Virus record (IMG/VR): IMGVR_UViG_3300043420_000100
Coordinates: 1 to 36,779 of that record
Length of the DNA stretch: 36,779 nucleotides
Direction: 5' to 3' (one strand)
Origin: a virus
Taxonomy: Duplodnaviria > Caudoviricetes
Made by a program: the position numbers and the translations under genes. Numbering within the stretch: position 1 is the first letter of the stretch; the number at the start of each line of letters is the position of its first letter. Below the pieces are notes generated by a model that searched no databases, was not told the origin of the DNA, and saw only the letters and a program-made list of their open reading frames with translations. Shown one piece after another: positions 18,141 to 27,362 of this stretch.

Positions 18141-18432
18141 CTTTAACGAAGACACCATCTACCATCTTACCAGTACGCTGTGCAATAACACCGTATGCTT
18201 CAATCATACAGTTGTAAGCGGACATACCGTTAAGGTAGGCGAGGATCGTTAGGACAACTTGGATGTCACCGATGGCATCAGCGATCTCCTTGTTATCTTT
18301 CTTAGCAATAGCTTCTTCTAGTTCGCTAACCTCTTCGTGAAGTTTAGTTAGCTGGCCTTCGATTGTACCGTTGCGTAGAATGTTACGATCACGTGCCCAG
18401 TTTAGAATTAATGTTTCCATATTATGACTCAC
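18130..18432 (-). CDS. MazG-like NTP pyrophosphohydrolase
   Basis: KLHEEVSEL...EIADAIGDIQV and R.GKMVDGVFVK. Confidence 0.88.
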   Translation of the reverse strand: MSHNMETLILNWARDRNILRNGTIEGQLTKLHEEVSELEEAIAKKDNKEIADAIGDIQVVLTILAYLNGMSAYNCMIEAYGVIAQRTGKMVDGVFVKDEE

Positions 18433-18620
18433 TCCTGCTCTTCCTCTTCGTCGTCTTCCCAGATGTTATCGACTTCTAAATCTTCTTCAATGTAGTCACG
18501 TCGTTCTTCAACTACATCTTCAAAGCGATCAACAATCTGACCGCTGTTAATATTAAGCAGTTCAAGGAGAAGAGTTTCCTCAATCTCCTTTAATCGCTCA
18601 CAAAGTTCTGTGAATGTCAT
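18429..18620 (-). CDS. Hypothetical acidic protein
   Basis: 63 aa, coupled to genes on both sides. Confidence 0.7.
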   Translation of the reverse strand: MTFTELCERLKEIEETLLLELLNINSGQIVDRFEDVVEERRDYIEEDLEVDNIWEDDEEEEQE

Positions 18621-18907
18621 ATGTGATCCAACATCTTAGCCAGATAATGCTGTGCTTTCTCAAGGTCAGTGCGTCCTCCCTTGTCCTGCCAGCGTGACAT
18701 ATACTTTATAATATTTCCCCACAAATAGCCAGTGAACTGTTCTTCAGTCATGATGGCTTCCATGTATTCCCAAGGCTGGATCTCTTTCTGATAGTGATCA
18801 CCGCCAATTTGAGAGTTATTAGGAAAGAACGTAGGGTCAGTGATCAGCGTGTCGAACTCATCCTGATCCATGTATTCATCGGGGTGTTGCTGTTCGTATA
18901 GGTTCAT
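18617..18907 (-). CDS. DUF3310 protein (T7 gp1.7-related)
   Basis: QIGGDHY...GNIIKYMSRW..KGG..DLEKA.HYL. Confidence 0.85.
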   Translation of the reverse strand: MNLYEQQHPDEYMDQDEFDTLITDPTFFPNNSQIGGDHYQKEIQPWEYMEAIMTEEQFTGYLWGNIIKYMSRWQDKGGRTDLEKAQHYLAKMLDHI

Positions 18908-19668
18908 GAGTATTTTCTCCGTAAGTAGTTTAGTGATACAGGAAGCTCGTCAAAGCTACCGTTATTAACTTCATTAAACATCCATATACCAGCCCAGCTA
19001 CCATTGGTTTGCGGAGTTAGGTATCCCTCGTCGTGAGTGTAGAAGATACCAGCAAATAAACCAGTAACATTACTACCATCAGCACGTCGTCCATACGCTA
19101 TGTCCCTGTCCTGTACGTGACCCATGACACAGCTCATCATCTTCTTGCTAAGCATTAGCTTCGCGGAGGAAACAGGTCGTCCCATAACACCACTAGTAAA
19201 ATAGTGACAGTAAACAACCCCATCAATTGTGATAGGCTCAAGAAAGTCATACACTTCCCATCCCATTTCTTCTAGTTGAAGATCTGCGTATCCAATTAAA
19301 CCATCTAGCTTTGCATCGGATTCAATTGCACGTTCAATACGTTGCTCATGGTTGCCCAATGTAAATACTAAACGTGGATTCCAACGCTTACGCTTACCAT
19401 CAATTAGACGTTGCTGCTCTTCACGGATAGGCTCAAGGAATGCTTCCATCCCTGCGATGCCTGCCTTAATGTCGTCAGCGTAACGTCTTCCTTCAAATGA
19501 TTTTTTACCCACGTCGTACACAGATAGTGACGGCATATCCCAATGGTCGCCAAGGTGTACGATGACATCAGGTTTCTTATCAACTGCGTACTGACCAGCC
19601 CACTTAAGGTGCTCGACAGAACCGTTAGGCTTGACCTGAGTATCAGGGATAATTAAATGCTTAATCAT
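18904..19668 (-). CDS. Calcineurin-like metallophosphoesterase
   Basis: DTQ, GDHWD, GNHE, YCH and GHVQ motifs. Confidence 0.88.
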   Translation of the reverse strand: MIKHLIIPDTQVKPNGSVEHLKWAGQYAVDKKPDVIVHLGDHWDMPSLSVYDVGKKSFEGRRYADDIKAGIAGMEAFLEPIREEQQRLIDGKRKRWNPRLVFTLGNHEQRIERAIESDAKLDGLIGYADLQLEEMGWEVYDFLEPITIDGVVYCHYFTSGVMGRPVSSAKLMLSKKMMSCVMGHVQDRDIAYGRRADGSNVTGLFAGIFYTHDEGYLTPQTNGSWAGIWMFNEVNNGSFDELPVSLNYLRRKYS

Positions 19669-20036
19669 TTCTTCTTGCGCTCCTCTGCTGTTTTAGCTTT
19701 ATGGCAAGTCTTACATAGAACTTGAAGGTTCTCAGATTCGCAGAACAAATTAGCAACAAAGGCAGGTAGGTCTTCGTAGGTTTTCAATGAGCCTGCTGGC
19801 TTAATGTGATCTACTTGGACTTCGCTGCCTTTGAACCATCCCTGACATTCAGCACACTGGTGTTCAACCTTGTGACGCTGGCCAGTTACTCTTCGCTGTG
19901 CATCCTTAAGCACTTGGTACTTGACAGGATAGCGAGAGAATGCTCCACGTAATGCTGTGCGTATGAATTGGAAATACCTAGACTCAGTCCAAGTATCCCC
20001 TGCTCTGCACTTTACGCCACGCTTGGGTGTTTGCAT
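19665..20036 (-). CDS. HNH endonuclease
   Basis: CAEC...VDHIKP...NLQVLCKTCH. Confidence 0.88.
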   Translation of the reverse strand: MQTPKRGVKCRAGDTWTESRYFQFIRTALRGAFSRYPVKYQVLKDAQRRVTGQRHKVEHQCAECQGWFKGSEVQVDHIKPAGSLKTYEDLPAFVANLFCESENLQVLCKTCHKAKTAEERKKK

Positions 20037-20248
20037 TTGATTACTGTATCTCCATTACGTCCATCGTGTAAGATGAATGTGATGTCATTAAAGAAACCAA
20101 CTTCACTACTGTGAAGGAAGTCTGCGAACCCAACAAGCACTTCATCTAGCTCGAAGCTTCTGTTGACGTAGGTTGTTGTATCGACTCCGTCGCTGTGCTC
20201 GAAGACGAAGGTGTACTTGAAACTGTTTCCAAACTTGGAGGCATCCAT
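20012..20248 (-). CDS. Hypothetical protein
   Basis: 78-aa ORF with AGGAG upstream; overlaps the exonuclease 3' end. Confidence 0.55.
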   Translation of the reverse strand: MDASKFGNSFKYTFVFEHSDGVDTTTYVNRSFELDEVLVGFADFLHSSEVGFFNDITFILHDGRNGDTVIKCKHPSVA

Positions 20249-20901
20249 AGTTCATTCTCCTTTCTGCGTAGGTAGAGGAGTCGCCCATTCTCTACCGCAC
20301 GATCATACCCTAGGTGCTCAACACATACAGCAAACATATCCTCTTCCGTGACCTTGGTTGATAATAGTTTGTGAGCCTTGACGGGGCCTATCCCCTTAAC
20401 ACCTACGATGTTATCAATGCGATCACCAGTCAGGAACTGGCAATAGAAGTTGAGCAACCCCTCCTCAGCAGTGACGTAGTATGTATCATCCTTTACAAAG
20501 TTGTGATGCCAACCCTGTACCTGATCGAAGTCCTTGTCAAGACTCACGATAACACTACTGTCACCAAGAGCAGTAGCCCTGATAGCGATTGCATCATCTG
20601 CTTCCTGTCCATCGCTCACTGTTGCGTCCCATTTATTTACTAGGAACTCTCGCAGTGATTGCAAGTGTACAGGTTTCTTAAGCTCAGTACGGTTTCCCTT
20701 GTATGGCACTGTTACTGCGTACTCGTTACGGAAGTTATCTTTCCCAGTAAGAAAGACCTCCCACTCTGTCACAGGCAGGTGGCACACAAGATCCGATAGA
20801 AACTTATCCATCGTCTTGTGGGCAACGCTTGCACTCTCCTTGTCACAAGCGAAGCCAATGCGATAGCAGAGCATGTCACCGTCTATCAGGGCAGTCTGCA
20901 T
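20146..20901 (-). CDS. 5'-3' exonuclease (T7 gp6 / FEN-like)
   Basis: LIDGD, YKGNR, EADD, DKD and GDRIDNIVGVKGIG motifs. Confidence 0.92.
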   Translation of the reverse strand: MQTALIDGDMLCYRIGFACDKESASVAHKTMDKFLSDLVCHLPVTEWEVFLTGKDNFRNEYAVTVPYKGNRTELKKPVHLQSLREFLVNKWDATVSDGQEADDAIAIRATALGDSSVIVSLDKDFDQVQGWHHNFVKDDTYYVTAEEGLLNFYCQFLTGDRIDNIVGVKGIGPVKAHKLLSTKVTEEDMFAVCVEHLGYDRAVENGRLLYLRRKENELWMPPSLETVSSTPSSSSTATESIQQPTSTEASS

Positions 20902-21305
20902 TATAGAACCTCGTCGATCTCTTCTTCTTCAGCTTCTTCTTTAGAAGCGTATGGAACTAGAGACTTAACCACAATTTTCTTCACTGATACACCAGCGTAA
21001 GTACCAAACTTGTTCTTACCTGAGTATGTGTCGAAGATGATGTCAGCAACAGTACCGTTGCCAAGTAGGTCTTCCATAATTTTACCAGAAGTATCTACTG
21101 TTAGGATTGGGTACTGTGATTTCGCAGTGACAAACGTACCCATCTCAGGTAGGTTTTCTTTAGTGCGAACATTGATGCCCTGATCTTCAAGCCAATTGAT
21201 ACGCTCGTCAGACAGGTTGGTAAGATCTACTTGGAACTTACCTGACATGTCGTTAGGAGTGTGAACATTAGCCCAGTAAAGTACAACGTCAGTAAACTTT
21301 TTCAT
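20901..21305 (-). CDS. Single-stranded DNA-binding protein (gp2.5-like)
   Basis: Beta-rich 134 aa with LLGNGT motif and acidic C-terminus; lies between pol and exonuclease. Confidence 0.72.
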   Translation of the reverse strand: MKKFTDVVLYWANVHTPNDMSGKFQVDLTNLSDERINWLEDQGINVRTKENLPEMGTFVTAKSQYPILTVDTSGKIMEDLLGNGTVADIIFDTYSGKNKFGTYAGVSVKKIVVKSLVPYASKEEAEEEEIDEVL

Positions 21306-21335
21306 TTGTATTCTCCATTAATTAGGTACAGCTAG

Positions 21336-21365
21336 ATAGTACTGCATAGTTACAGTACTTGTCAA
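21336..21365 (-). promoter_or_regulatory. Sigma70-type promoter for ssb
   Basis: TTGACA-18 bp-TACTAT on the minus strand; the spacer is an inverted repeat. Confidence 0.65.
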
Positions 21366-21374
21366 GCATTATTT

Positions 21375-23021
21375 TTAGTGCGTGTCATACCACGTCTTGC
21401 CGATCTTAGCCTCTGCATCGACAGGTACGCGGAATCCTAATGTCTCACCAGCTAACTTAGCTGCCTTGACCATTAGTTCTGCTGCAAGGTCAGCTTGATC
21501 TTTGCGGACTTCCATCTGTATCTCGTCGTGTACAAATGCAACCTGCTTATAATCAATCTTATTCTTGCGTAGTAATTGATGTGCTTCCACACACCATTGC
21601 TTGGCGATAATACTACCGCACGACTGGAGCAAACTATTAAGTGCAGCATGCTCTGATCGTACAATAATACGTCGCCCATCTAATGCAGGTACGTAGCCCT
21701 TTGCTGCGAACCTCTGCACTTTTACCATCAGCTTACTCAAGGCAGGCATGTTCTTCATGAACCTGTCTATAAGCCTCTTTCCCTGCTGTGAAGATCCACC
21801 CACGATTGACCCAATTTTTGCTGGGCCTGCTCCGTAGAGGAGGGCGTAGATAAACGTCTTAGCTTGATCTCTAGTCTCCAGACCAGCAGCTTGCTGGTTA
21901 GCCGTATGTATATCGCCTTCAAGTAATTCATTTGTGTACCTCTCGTCTTGCATGTAATGTGCCAAGCACCGTAACTCAATGCCTGACAGGTCAGTGCCCA
22001 CTAACTTGTAGCCGTCAGGAGTAGTCCAGCATTGGCGTGACTCCTTACCGTACTCAGATTTAACACTGGTAACTTGGCCGAGGTTAGGGTTGCTGTGTGT
22101 CATTCGCCCAGTAATAGTACCGTTAGAATTAACACGTCCATGTACCCTGCCATCATCCTTGCAGTTGTCCATCCAACTGTCCAGCATACCAACACGTTTC
22201 TGTAGCATCAGGTACTCAGCAATGAGCTGTGCTTCAGGTCTGTTGATAGCCTTAAGTGTAGGCTCATCCACAATGATTGATCCTTTCTCCGTAGTCTTAG
22301 TAAACTCTACACCTAACGACTGTAACCGTGAGGCTATTTGTTTACGTGAGCCCACGTTGAATTCCTCCACCTTATCCTTAAGCTTCTTGCCAGTCTTCTC
22401 TGACCAACGCTCATGGACTAGTGGTGGGAAGATCTCTTGCAGGTGTATCGTGATGTCCATCATACGCTGGCGCATCTCAGCTAACAGGCTAGTGCATAGA
22501 CGTTGGTCTAACATGTAACCGTTACGCTCTTGCTGTGCCATGTACATAGCAACACGATGCTCAAGTTCAAGTGACTGCTCAGGGAATGACCAGCTACTAA
22601 ACTCTTTCACAAGGTGCTTATGTAGCATCTCAAGGACATCTACGTCACGAATACAATACTCAATCATCTCAGGTGTTAAGCCACCATCGAAATCTTCAGT
22701 GTCGAAGTCCATCTTATCAAAGCCAAGACGTTTGCCCCATGCTTTAAGACTATGTCCACCTTCAACTACTGGGTTAAGTAAACGTGACATGACAAGAGTA
22801 TCGAGTGCTTTGTTAACAGGGATCGTGATACCCCATACCTTGCGTAGTACAGGAGCATCAAAGCCTATTAGGTTATGAGCACACACGTAGTCAGCATCAT
22901 CGATCCACTTCTGCAAGCCATCAGGCTTAGTGAATTTATGTGTATGGTTTCCTCGCTTCGCTACGCATAGCCATATGGTATCGTGAGCAAGGTTGGTTTC
23001 AATGTCCAAGTATACAATCAC
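21375..23021 (-). CDS. Family A DNA polymerase with 3'-5' exonuclease (T7 gp5-like)
   Basis: DIET, HNLIGFD, YCIRDV; motif A DLSGIELR, motif B RDQAKTFIYALLYG, motif C VHDE. Confidence 0.97.
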   Translation of the reverse strand: MIVYLDIETNLAHDTIWLCVAKRGNHTHKFTKPDGLQKWIDDADYVCAHNLIGFDAPVLRKVWGITIPVNKALDTLVMSRLLNPVVEGGHSLKAWGKRLGFDKMDFDTEDFDGGLTPEMIEYCIRDVDVLEMLHKHLVKEFSSWSFPEQSLELEHRVAMYMAQQERNGYMLDQRLCTSLLAEMRQRMMDITIHLQEIFPPLVHERWSEKTGKKLKDKVEEFNVGSRKQIASRLQSLGVEFTKTTEKGSIIVDEPTLKAINRPEAQLIAEYLMLQKRVGMLDSWMDNCKDDGRVHGRVNSNGTITGRMTHSNPNLGQVTSVKSEYGKESRQCWTTPDGYKLVGTDLSGIELRCLAHYMQDERYTNELLEGDIHTANQQAAGLETRDQAKTFIYALLYGAGPAKIGSIVGGSSQQGKRLIDRFMKNMPALSKLMVKVQRFAAKGYVPALDGRRIIVRSEHAALNSLLQSCGSIIAKQWCVEAHQLLRKNKIDYKQVAFVHDEIQMEVRKDQADLAAELMVKAAKLAGETLGFRVPVDAEAKIGKTWYDTH

Positions 23022-24622
23022 AGTTCATCCTCATCAGTTCGTTCGAACATCCTACCAGTAACATGATTGAATAACAACCTACCAGCAGGGCCAGTGATGC
23101 CACAGAAGCGGTTCTTTAGAACACGAACGTATGTTGTGTTACGTTCCTCTGGATCTTCGGCTTGTCCGTTACGCTCAAGGCCGAGCACCATGTCACTGAG
23201 CTGGGCGATAGATCCTGAGCCACGCAACTGAGCAAGACTAGTAGCAGCACCTTCTTCATGTCCTTTACCGTCCGGTCGTTTAAGATGTGACACGACAATC
23301 AACGCGACACCTGTTTCTTGAACAAGCATGCGAAGGCGTGTCATGATTTCATCTATCGCTTTACGTTCATCGCCAGATGCCTGAGCACTGACCACGATAC
23401 TAATATGGTCGAGAAATATATAACCGCATCCGAGACCTTTAGCGAGGTACCGAACTCGGTTAATGATATTGTCAACACTAGTACTACCAAAATGATCGAA
23501 CAGATAGAGTCTACCAGTTCCGAGAGTTGCGTGGAATGCATCATCCTTCTCCTGTTGTGTAGCTTCACAGTCAGGTAGGTGAAGCGGTTTGTTTGCAGCT
23601 AGTGACATGATCGATAGGCCAGTCTTCTTCGTGCCTTCCTCAAGGAACAGAGCACCGATACCCTCTTCAGTCTTGTTGAAGATGTGCCATATCATTTCAC
23701 GTAGCACTTGTGATTTACCAAGGCCAGAGCCTGCTGTGATTGTAACCAGCTCACCCTTACGAATGCCGTATGTTAGTTTGTTTAGGCCATTCCAAGGATA
23801 GTCACAGTCACATGGTTGTATCGGTTTCATCACCTCATCGTATAGAGAAGCACCGTTGATGATGCCATCAGGTACATACTGATCAGCATTCCACCATGCA
23901 TCACTGAACTCTTTTCCTTGACTGATACGCTGGTAGTCACATGCATCCTTGTGTCCGGAAGTGTGCTTGAATACTCTAGCCTTTGCACCGAACAATTCTG
24001 ATACTTGGTTGCTAGCTTTAATGCCAGCCTCATCAGCATCGAAACATATGACGATGTTATCAAAGCTAGTTAGCCATTCGTACTCTGCCTTACAATCCTT
24101 CAGTGCACCAGTAGCACCATTACGGATGGACACGACAGGCCACTTGCTACCTAGCATCTGATATGCAGCTAGTGCATCCAGTTCACCCTCAACAACAGTG
24201 ACATATTTACCACCAGCACTGAACAAACTCTGCCCGTATAGACCAGCCGCTTTCCAGTCACCTTGGATAACGAAATCTTTGGATGGCTTGCGTGTCTTCG
24301 TTGCGGTGATCACACCATCCTTAGTAGTGTAACCAAAGATGATGTCCTCTCCGTCTAGGAAACACTTGTATTTCTCACAGGTTTCACGACTGATTCGTCT
24401 GTCGGTAAGTGTGCGATATTGTTTATGCGTCAACATATCAATGACGTTTTCATTTAGCGGAGTCGCTGTCACGATTCTCTCCTTTGGTGTGTAGTCACCA
24501 TCAACTTTCTTTCTGGTTTGGCACACAAAGCATGTGCTCCAGCCTTCGGTGTTAATACTACGGCCATCACTTGAGCCACAGTCTTCACATGGTATATGTT
24601 GAGCTATCCATTCACTCATCAC
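23018..24622 (-). CDS. Primase-helicase (T7 gp4-like)
   Basis: CEDC...CFVC zinc finger, TOPRIM (VEGELD, FDAD), Walker A GSGLGKS, LRGSG and KNR. Confidence 0.97.
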   Translation of the reverse strand: MMSEWIAQHIPCEDCGSSDGRSINTEGWSTCFVCQTRKKVDGDYTPKERIVTATPLNENVIDMLTHKQYRTLTDRRISRETCEKYKCFLDGEDIIFGYTTKDGVITATKTRKPSKDFVIQGDWKAAGLYGQSLFSAGGKYVTVVEGELDALAAYQMLGSKWPVVSIRNGATGALKDCKAEYEWLTSFDNIVICFDADEAGIKASNQVSELFGAKARVFKHTSGHKDACDYQRISQGKEFSDAWWNADQYVPDGIINGASLYDEVMKPIQPCDCDYPWNGLNKLTYGIRKGELVTITAGSGLGKSQVLREMIWHIFNKTEEGIGALFLEEGTKKTGLSIMSLAANKPLHLPDCEATQQEKDDAFHATLGTGRLYLFDHFGSTSVDNIINRVRYLAKGLGCGYIFLDHISIVVSAQASGDERKAIDEIMTRLRMLVQETGVALIVVSHLKRPDGKGHEEGAATSLAQLRGSGSIAQLSDMVLGLERNGQAEDPEERNTTYVRVLKNRFCGITGPAGRLLFNHVTGRMFERTDEDEL

Positions 24623-24864
24623 TCTTCCTCCTTGTTAAGTGCGTTCATAATTATGCAAGCAGCTTCATAAGTATGCTGCATTTCTGTGTGATCGTAGGTG
24701 CACTCCTCAGGATCCCATCCCTTTTCTAGCTCCCTATCAGATACCCTGTAGTCTTGTACGTGGTCTACAGGAAGCCAAACTTTAATAAGATTACCTGTAG
24801 GTTCATGGATTATTCTAGTCCCGTAGTATTTACCTTCCAAAGGTTCTATAAACCAAGACATCAC
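24619..24864 (-). CDS. Hypothetical protein
   Basis: 81-aa ORF coupled to both neighbours. Confidence 0.65.
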   Translation of the reverse strand: MMSWFIEPLEGKYYGTRIIHEPTGNLIKVWLPVDHVQDYRVSDRELEKGWDPEECTYDHTEMQHTYEAACIIMNALNKEEE

Positions 24865-25049
24865 TCTTCCTCCACTATAGGGACATCACGCCATTCTGAT
24901 TGGTACATAAACTTAGGGTCGTTAAGTTCCCACTTCTGCTGAAGGATGCGTAGTGTCTTTCTGCTAGTGATATATGGACGACCTGTTACTGGTACGTCCT
25001 CTACACGCATAACAAACCGTAGTTCATTAGTTGCTATCCAGTTACTCAT
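24861..25049 (-). CDS. Hypothetical protein
   Basis: MSNW...LRF...ILQQKW...EWRDVP; ATGA coupling. Confidence 0.65.
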   Translation of the reverse strand: MSNWIATNELRFVMRVEDVPVTGRPYITSRKTLRILQQKWELNDPKFMYQSEWRDVPIVEEE

Positions 25050-25246
25050 TGGAATACCCTCGACTGACAAGCAAAGCACATACCAGTTAGTAATACTTCA
25101 CGCTCATCTGGTTCTAAGTCAGGGAACTGGTTCTGTACTGGTGTGTCATAATCCTTCAACCACTTCTCCATCTGCTCATAAGTGATGTCCATCTCATAGT
25201 CAGGTGATTCATGACAAAGTGGACAGTGCTTAGAGAATTTAAACAT
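25046..25246 (-). CDS. Small zinc-binding protein
   Basis: CPLC...FPDLEPDEREVLLTGMCFAC. Confidence 0.7.
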   Translation of the reverse strand: MFKFSKHCPLCHESPDYEMDITYEQMEKWLKDYDTPVQNQFPDLEPDEREVLLTGMCFACQSRVFQ

Positions 25247-25523
25247 CTTTGTTCACCTCATATAGAACTTCATCAGCACGGCGCATAGAGTACAAGACAC
25301 GGTCATGCTTCTCAGCAATTAATAATAACTGAGTGAGGACGTGTTGTTCGATTGGATTCATCATGTGTCGAGTGACATCACGTAGGAATGGTACTACGCC
25401 CATCTCATCTATGAGTAGAGCAGAATCTAAGACAGTATAGAAGTGACCTGCTTCGGAGAAGTCAATGTCTGTAGCGTCTATATAGTTTTCTTCTGAACTA
25501 AGTAGTTCTAAGTTAGTATTCAT
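25239..25523 (-). CDS. Hypothetical protein
   Basis: 94-aa ORF with AGGA RBS, downstream of a promoter. Confidence 0.68.
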   Translation of the reverse strand: MNTNLELLSSEENYIDATDIDFSEAGHFYTVLDSALLIDEMGVVPFLRDVTRHMMNPIEQHVLTQLLLIAEKHDRVLYSMRRADEVLYEVNKDV

Positions 25524-25582
25524 CGTATTAATCCTGTTGATTAATAATTATAATGAATGCTGTGTTCCTATATAGTACAGAA

Positions 25583-25611
25583 ACAATAGCATATTTTTTG
25601 GCAAACGTCAA
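25583..25611 (-). promoter_or_regulatory. Sigma70-type promoter upstream of the replication genes
   Basis: TTGACG-17 bp-TATTGT with TGn on the minus strand. Confidence 0.7.
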
Positions 25612-25799
25612 TCTTCTGAATCAAATGGGATGTCAAGACTTTCGTAGTCGTTGTCATCAGCTAGATCAAAGCGATCAATCGTTGTCGTACCAGTGCAGGT
25701 AATACATTCATTACACATGTCAACGTATTGAAATGTATGGGAATGTTTACGTGTCGATTCAAAGTCTGACAGTTCAGCGTCACAAATCTTGCAGTGCAT
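25608..25799 (-). CDS. Small zinc-finger protein
   Basis: MHCKICD...DMCNEC with an acidic tail; GGAGG RBS. Confidence 0.7.
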   Translation of the reverse strand: MHCKICDAELSDFESTRKHSHTFQYVDMCNECITCTGTTTIDRFDLADDNDYESLDIPFDSED

Positions 25800-25801
25800 T
25801 G

Positions 25802-26239
25802 TTACCTCCAAGCTTCTAGTTTTTCAAAGATTTGGCCAGCTAGCTTCTCAGGAATATCTTCTCCTGTCAAGCTTCCGATCCAGCCTACACCACATAAGTG
25901 ATGATCAGGTACTGTTTTACATAGCCTATCATGGTGCTCAGTCAGTACATCAACCAAGTCTTCATGATAATAGCGCGACGGTGTGAAGATCTGCTCCCCC
26001 TTGAAGTACTCATCAACCATCGTGCGACCAAAGGCAGCAACGTACACGCTCCACTGATGGGGGCGTGAAGCAGATGCTATCATGAGATCAGTCGGTTTAA
26101 CTACGTACCCACCCTTCTTATCATAGAACACACAACCACCTAGTGTATCAGTGTAGCAGATAAGAATGTTTCTCATCACGCTGTCAGCTACTCGGTTAAG
26201 TTGCTTCACTCTATTAAACTTCTTTCTAACCTTTGCCAT
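25802..26239 (-). CDS. Hypothetical protein
   Basis: 145-aa ORF with a basic N-terminus and AGGAG RBS. Confidence 0.72.
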   Translation of the reverse strand: MAKVRKKFNRVKQLNRVADSVMRNILICYTDTLGGCVFYDKKGGYVVKPTDLMIASASRPHQWSVYVAAFGRTMVDEYFKGEQIFTPSRYYHEDLVDVLTEHHDRLCKTVPDHHLCGVGWIGSLTGEDIPEKLAGQIFEKLEAWR

Positions 26240-26523
26240 CACCACTCCTTACTCAACCACTCAAGGGACATGCCGTCACCTGTCATGCTCTCAGGTATAC
26301 GACTGAACACCGATTCAACTGGCTTCCTGCGTGGCTTCTTCAGCCTAGCTGTACGCTCATTGATGTTGATGCCCATACGATTACCTTGGTAGCGGATAGT
26401 CTCACCACTTGTATCAAACCTCATGCCTATCTCAGCCAAAGACATCTCAGTATCTTCAAGTAGCCGTTTGATTTCAGCTAACTGCGAGATAGATAGTGAG
26501 GCACGTGAACGTCTACTCAACAT
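26239..26523 (-). CDS. HTH protein (paralogue of the adjacent gene)
   Basis: MSLAEIGMRFDTSGETIR HTH-like segment. Confidence 0.68.
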   Translation of the reverse strand: MLSRRSRASLSISQLAEIKRLLEDTEMSLAEIGMRFDTSGETIRYQGNRMGININERTARLKKPRRKPVESVFSRIPESMTGDGMSLEWLSKEW

Positions 26524-26810
26524 GACTTCCAATCCTCTGATAGGAACTTCAGTGAGCGACCATCCCGTGACATACTCTCAGGAACAAGAGTTGTCAGGTA
26601 TAGCGCACTCACCTCCGTTAAGTTTGTTTTCTTTCTGCAAGCTATGGCTCTAGCCTTCATGTCAAAGCCTAGCTTCACACCTCTGCCACGTATAGCGTCA
26701 GCATTAACGCCAACCTTCTCACCAATCTCAGCTGTTGTCAACTTAGTATTAGCGAGAAGGTCACGTATCAACGCTATGTCTTCAGACTTAAGACGTTTGC
26801 GTTGTGTCAT
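26517..26810 (-). CDS. HTH protein
   Basis: LTTAEIGEKVGVNADAIR HTH-like segment. Confidence 0.7.
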   Translation of the reverse strand: MTQRKRLKSEDIALIRDLLANTKLTTAEIGEKVGVNADAIRGRGVKLGFDMKARAIACRKKTNLTEVSALYLTTLVPESMSRDGRSLKFLSEDWKSC

Positions 26811-27175
26811 AGGCCAAGCTCTTTCAGCAGTTGGATAGCCTGATCAATCTTAACTACCTCAGCCATCAGCTCTTCACGCTTAGTGGACAGAGCGGACACA
26901 GCGGACACGGCACGTTGCATTCTTGAAGCAGACACCGCCACCTCTTTGCTGTAGCTATGCTTGTGAAGGTTACGCTTCCACTTGAACACAGTTGGTTGTG
27001 TGATGTGAAGGCCACGTAGGATGGCAGATTCAGACATCGGTTTGTTAGGGTTCATCACCAGTGCACAAACTCTCTTACGGAATTCGTTGGTGAATTGAAT
27101 TCGACCATCAGATCCACGTGGTAGTGTTGCTTTGATTGCGTTTAGTTCTGCGATTTCAGTGTTGTAGTTAGTCAT
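26807..27175 (-). CDS. HTH plus coiled-coil protein
   Basis: FTNEFRKRV...SESAILRGLHITQPTVFKWKR and a C-terminal heptad. Start placed at ATG 27175 after GAGG. Confidence 0.65.
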   Translation of the reverse strand: MTNYNTEIAELNAIKATLPRGSDGRIQFTNEFRKRVCALVMNPNKPMSESAILRGLHITQPTVFKWKRNLHKHSYSKEVAVSASRMQRAVSAVSALSTKREELMAEVVKIDQAIQLLKELGL

Positions 27176-27176
27176 C

Positions 27177-27362
27177 TTAGTATTCCTCATTGATTGTGTA
27201 GTATGCTGTGTCACCTTCAAACTCACGTTTGATGTAGCCACGGTCTAAAGCAATTGCTAGCAGCTCAGTGCCGCCATGATTGAAGTTAAAGTTAGGCGCA
27301 TGCCACTTGAACAAGTAGTCGCACATCTCTTGGTAGTTGTAACGCTTAGTCGTAGTAGTCAT
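27177..27362 (-). CDS. Hypothetical protein
   Basis: MTTTTKRY...; GGAGG RBS. Confidence 0.6.
   Translation of the reverse strand: MTTTTKRYNYQEMCDYLFKWHAPNFNFNHGGTELLAIALDRGYIKREFEGDTAYYTINEEY

Noticed and set aside
20371-24161. Plus-strand ORFs antisense to the replication genes
   Set aside because: Antisense shadows of conserved genes with no recognisable motifs.
26807-27175. IS3-like transposase HTH, possible IS element
   Set aside because: No DDE domain, terminal inverted repeats or target duplication seen.
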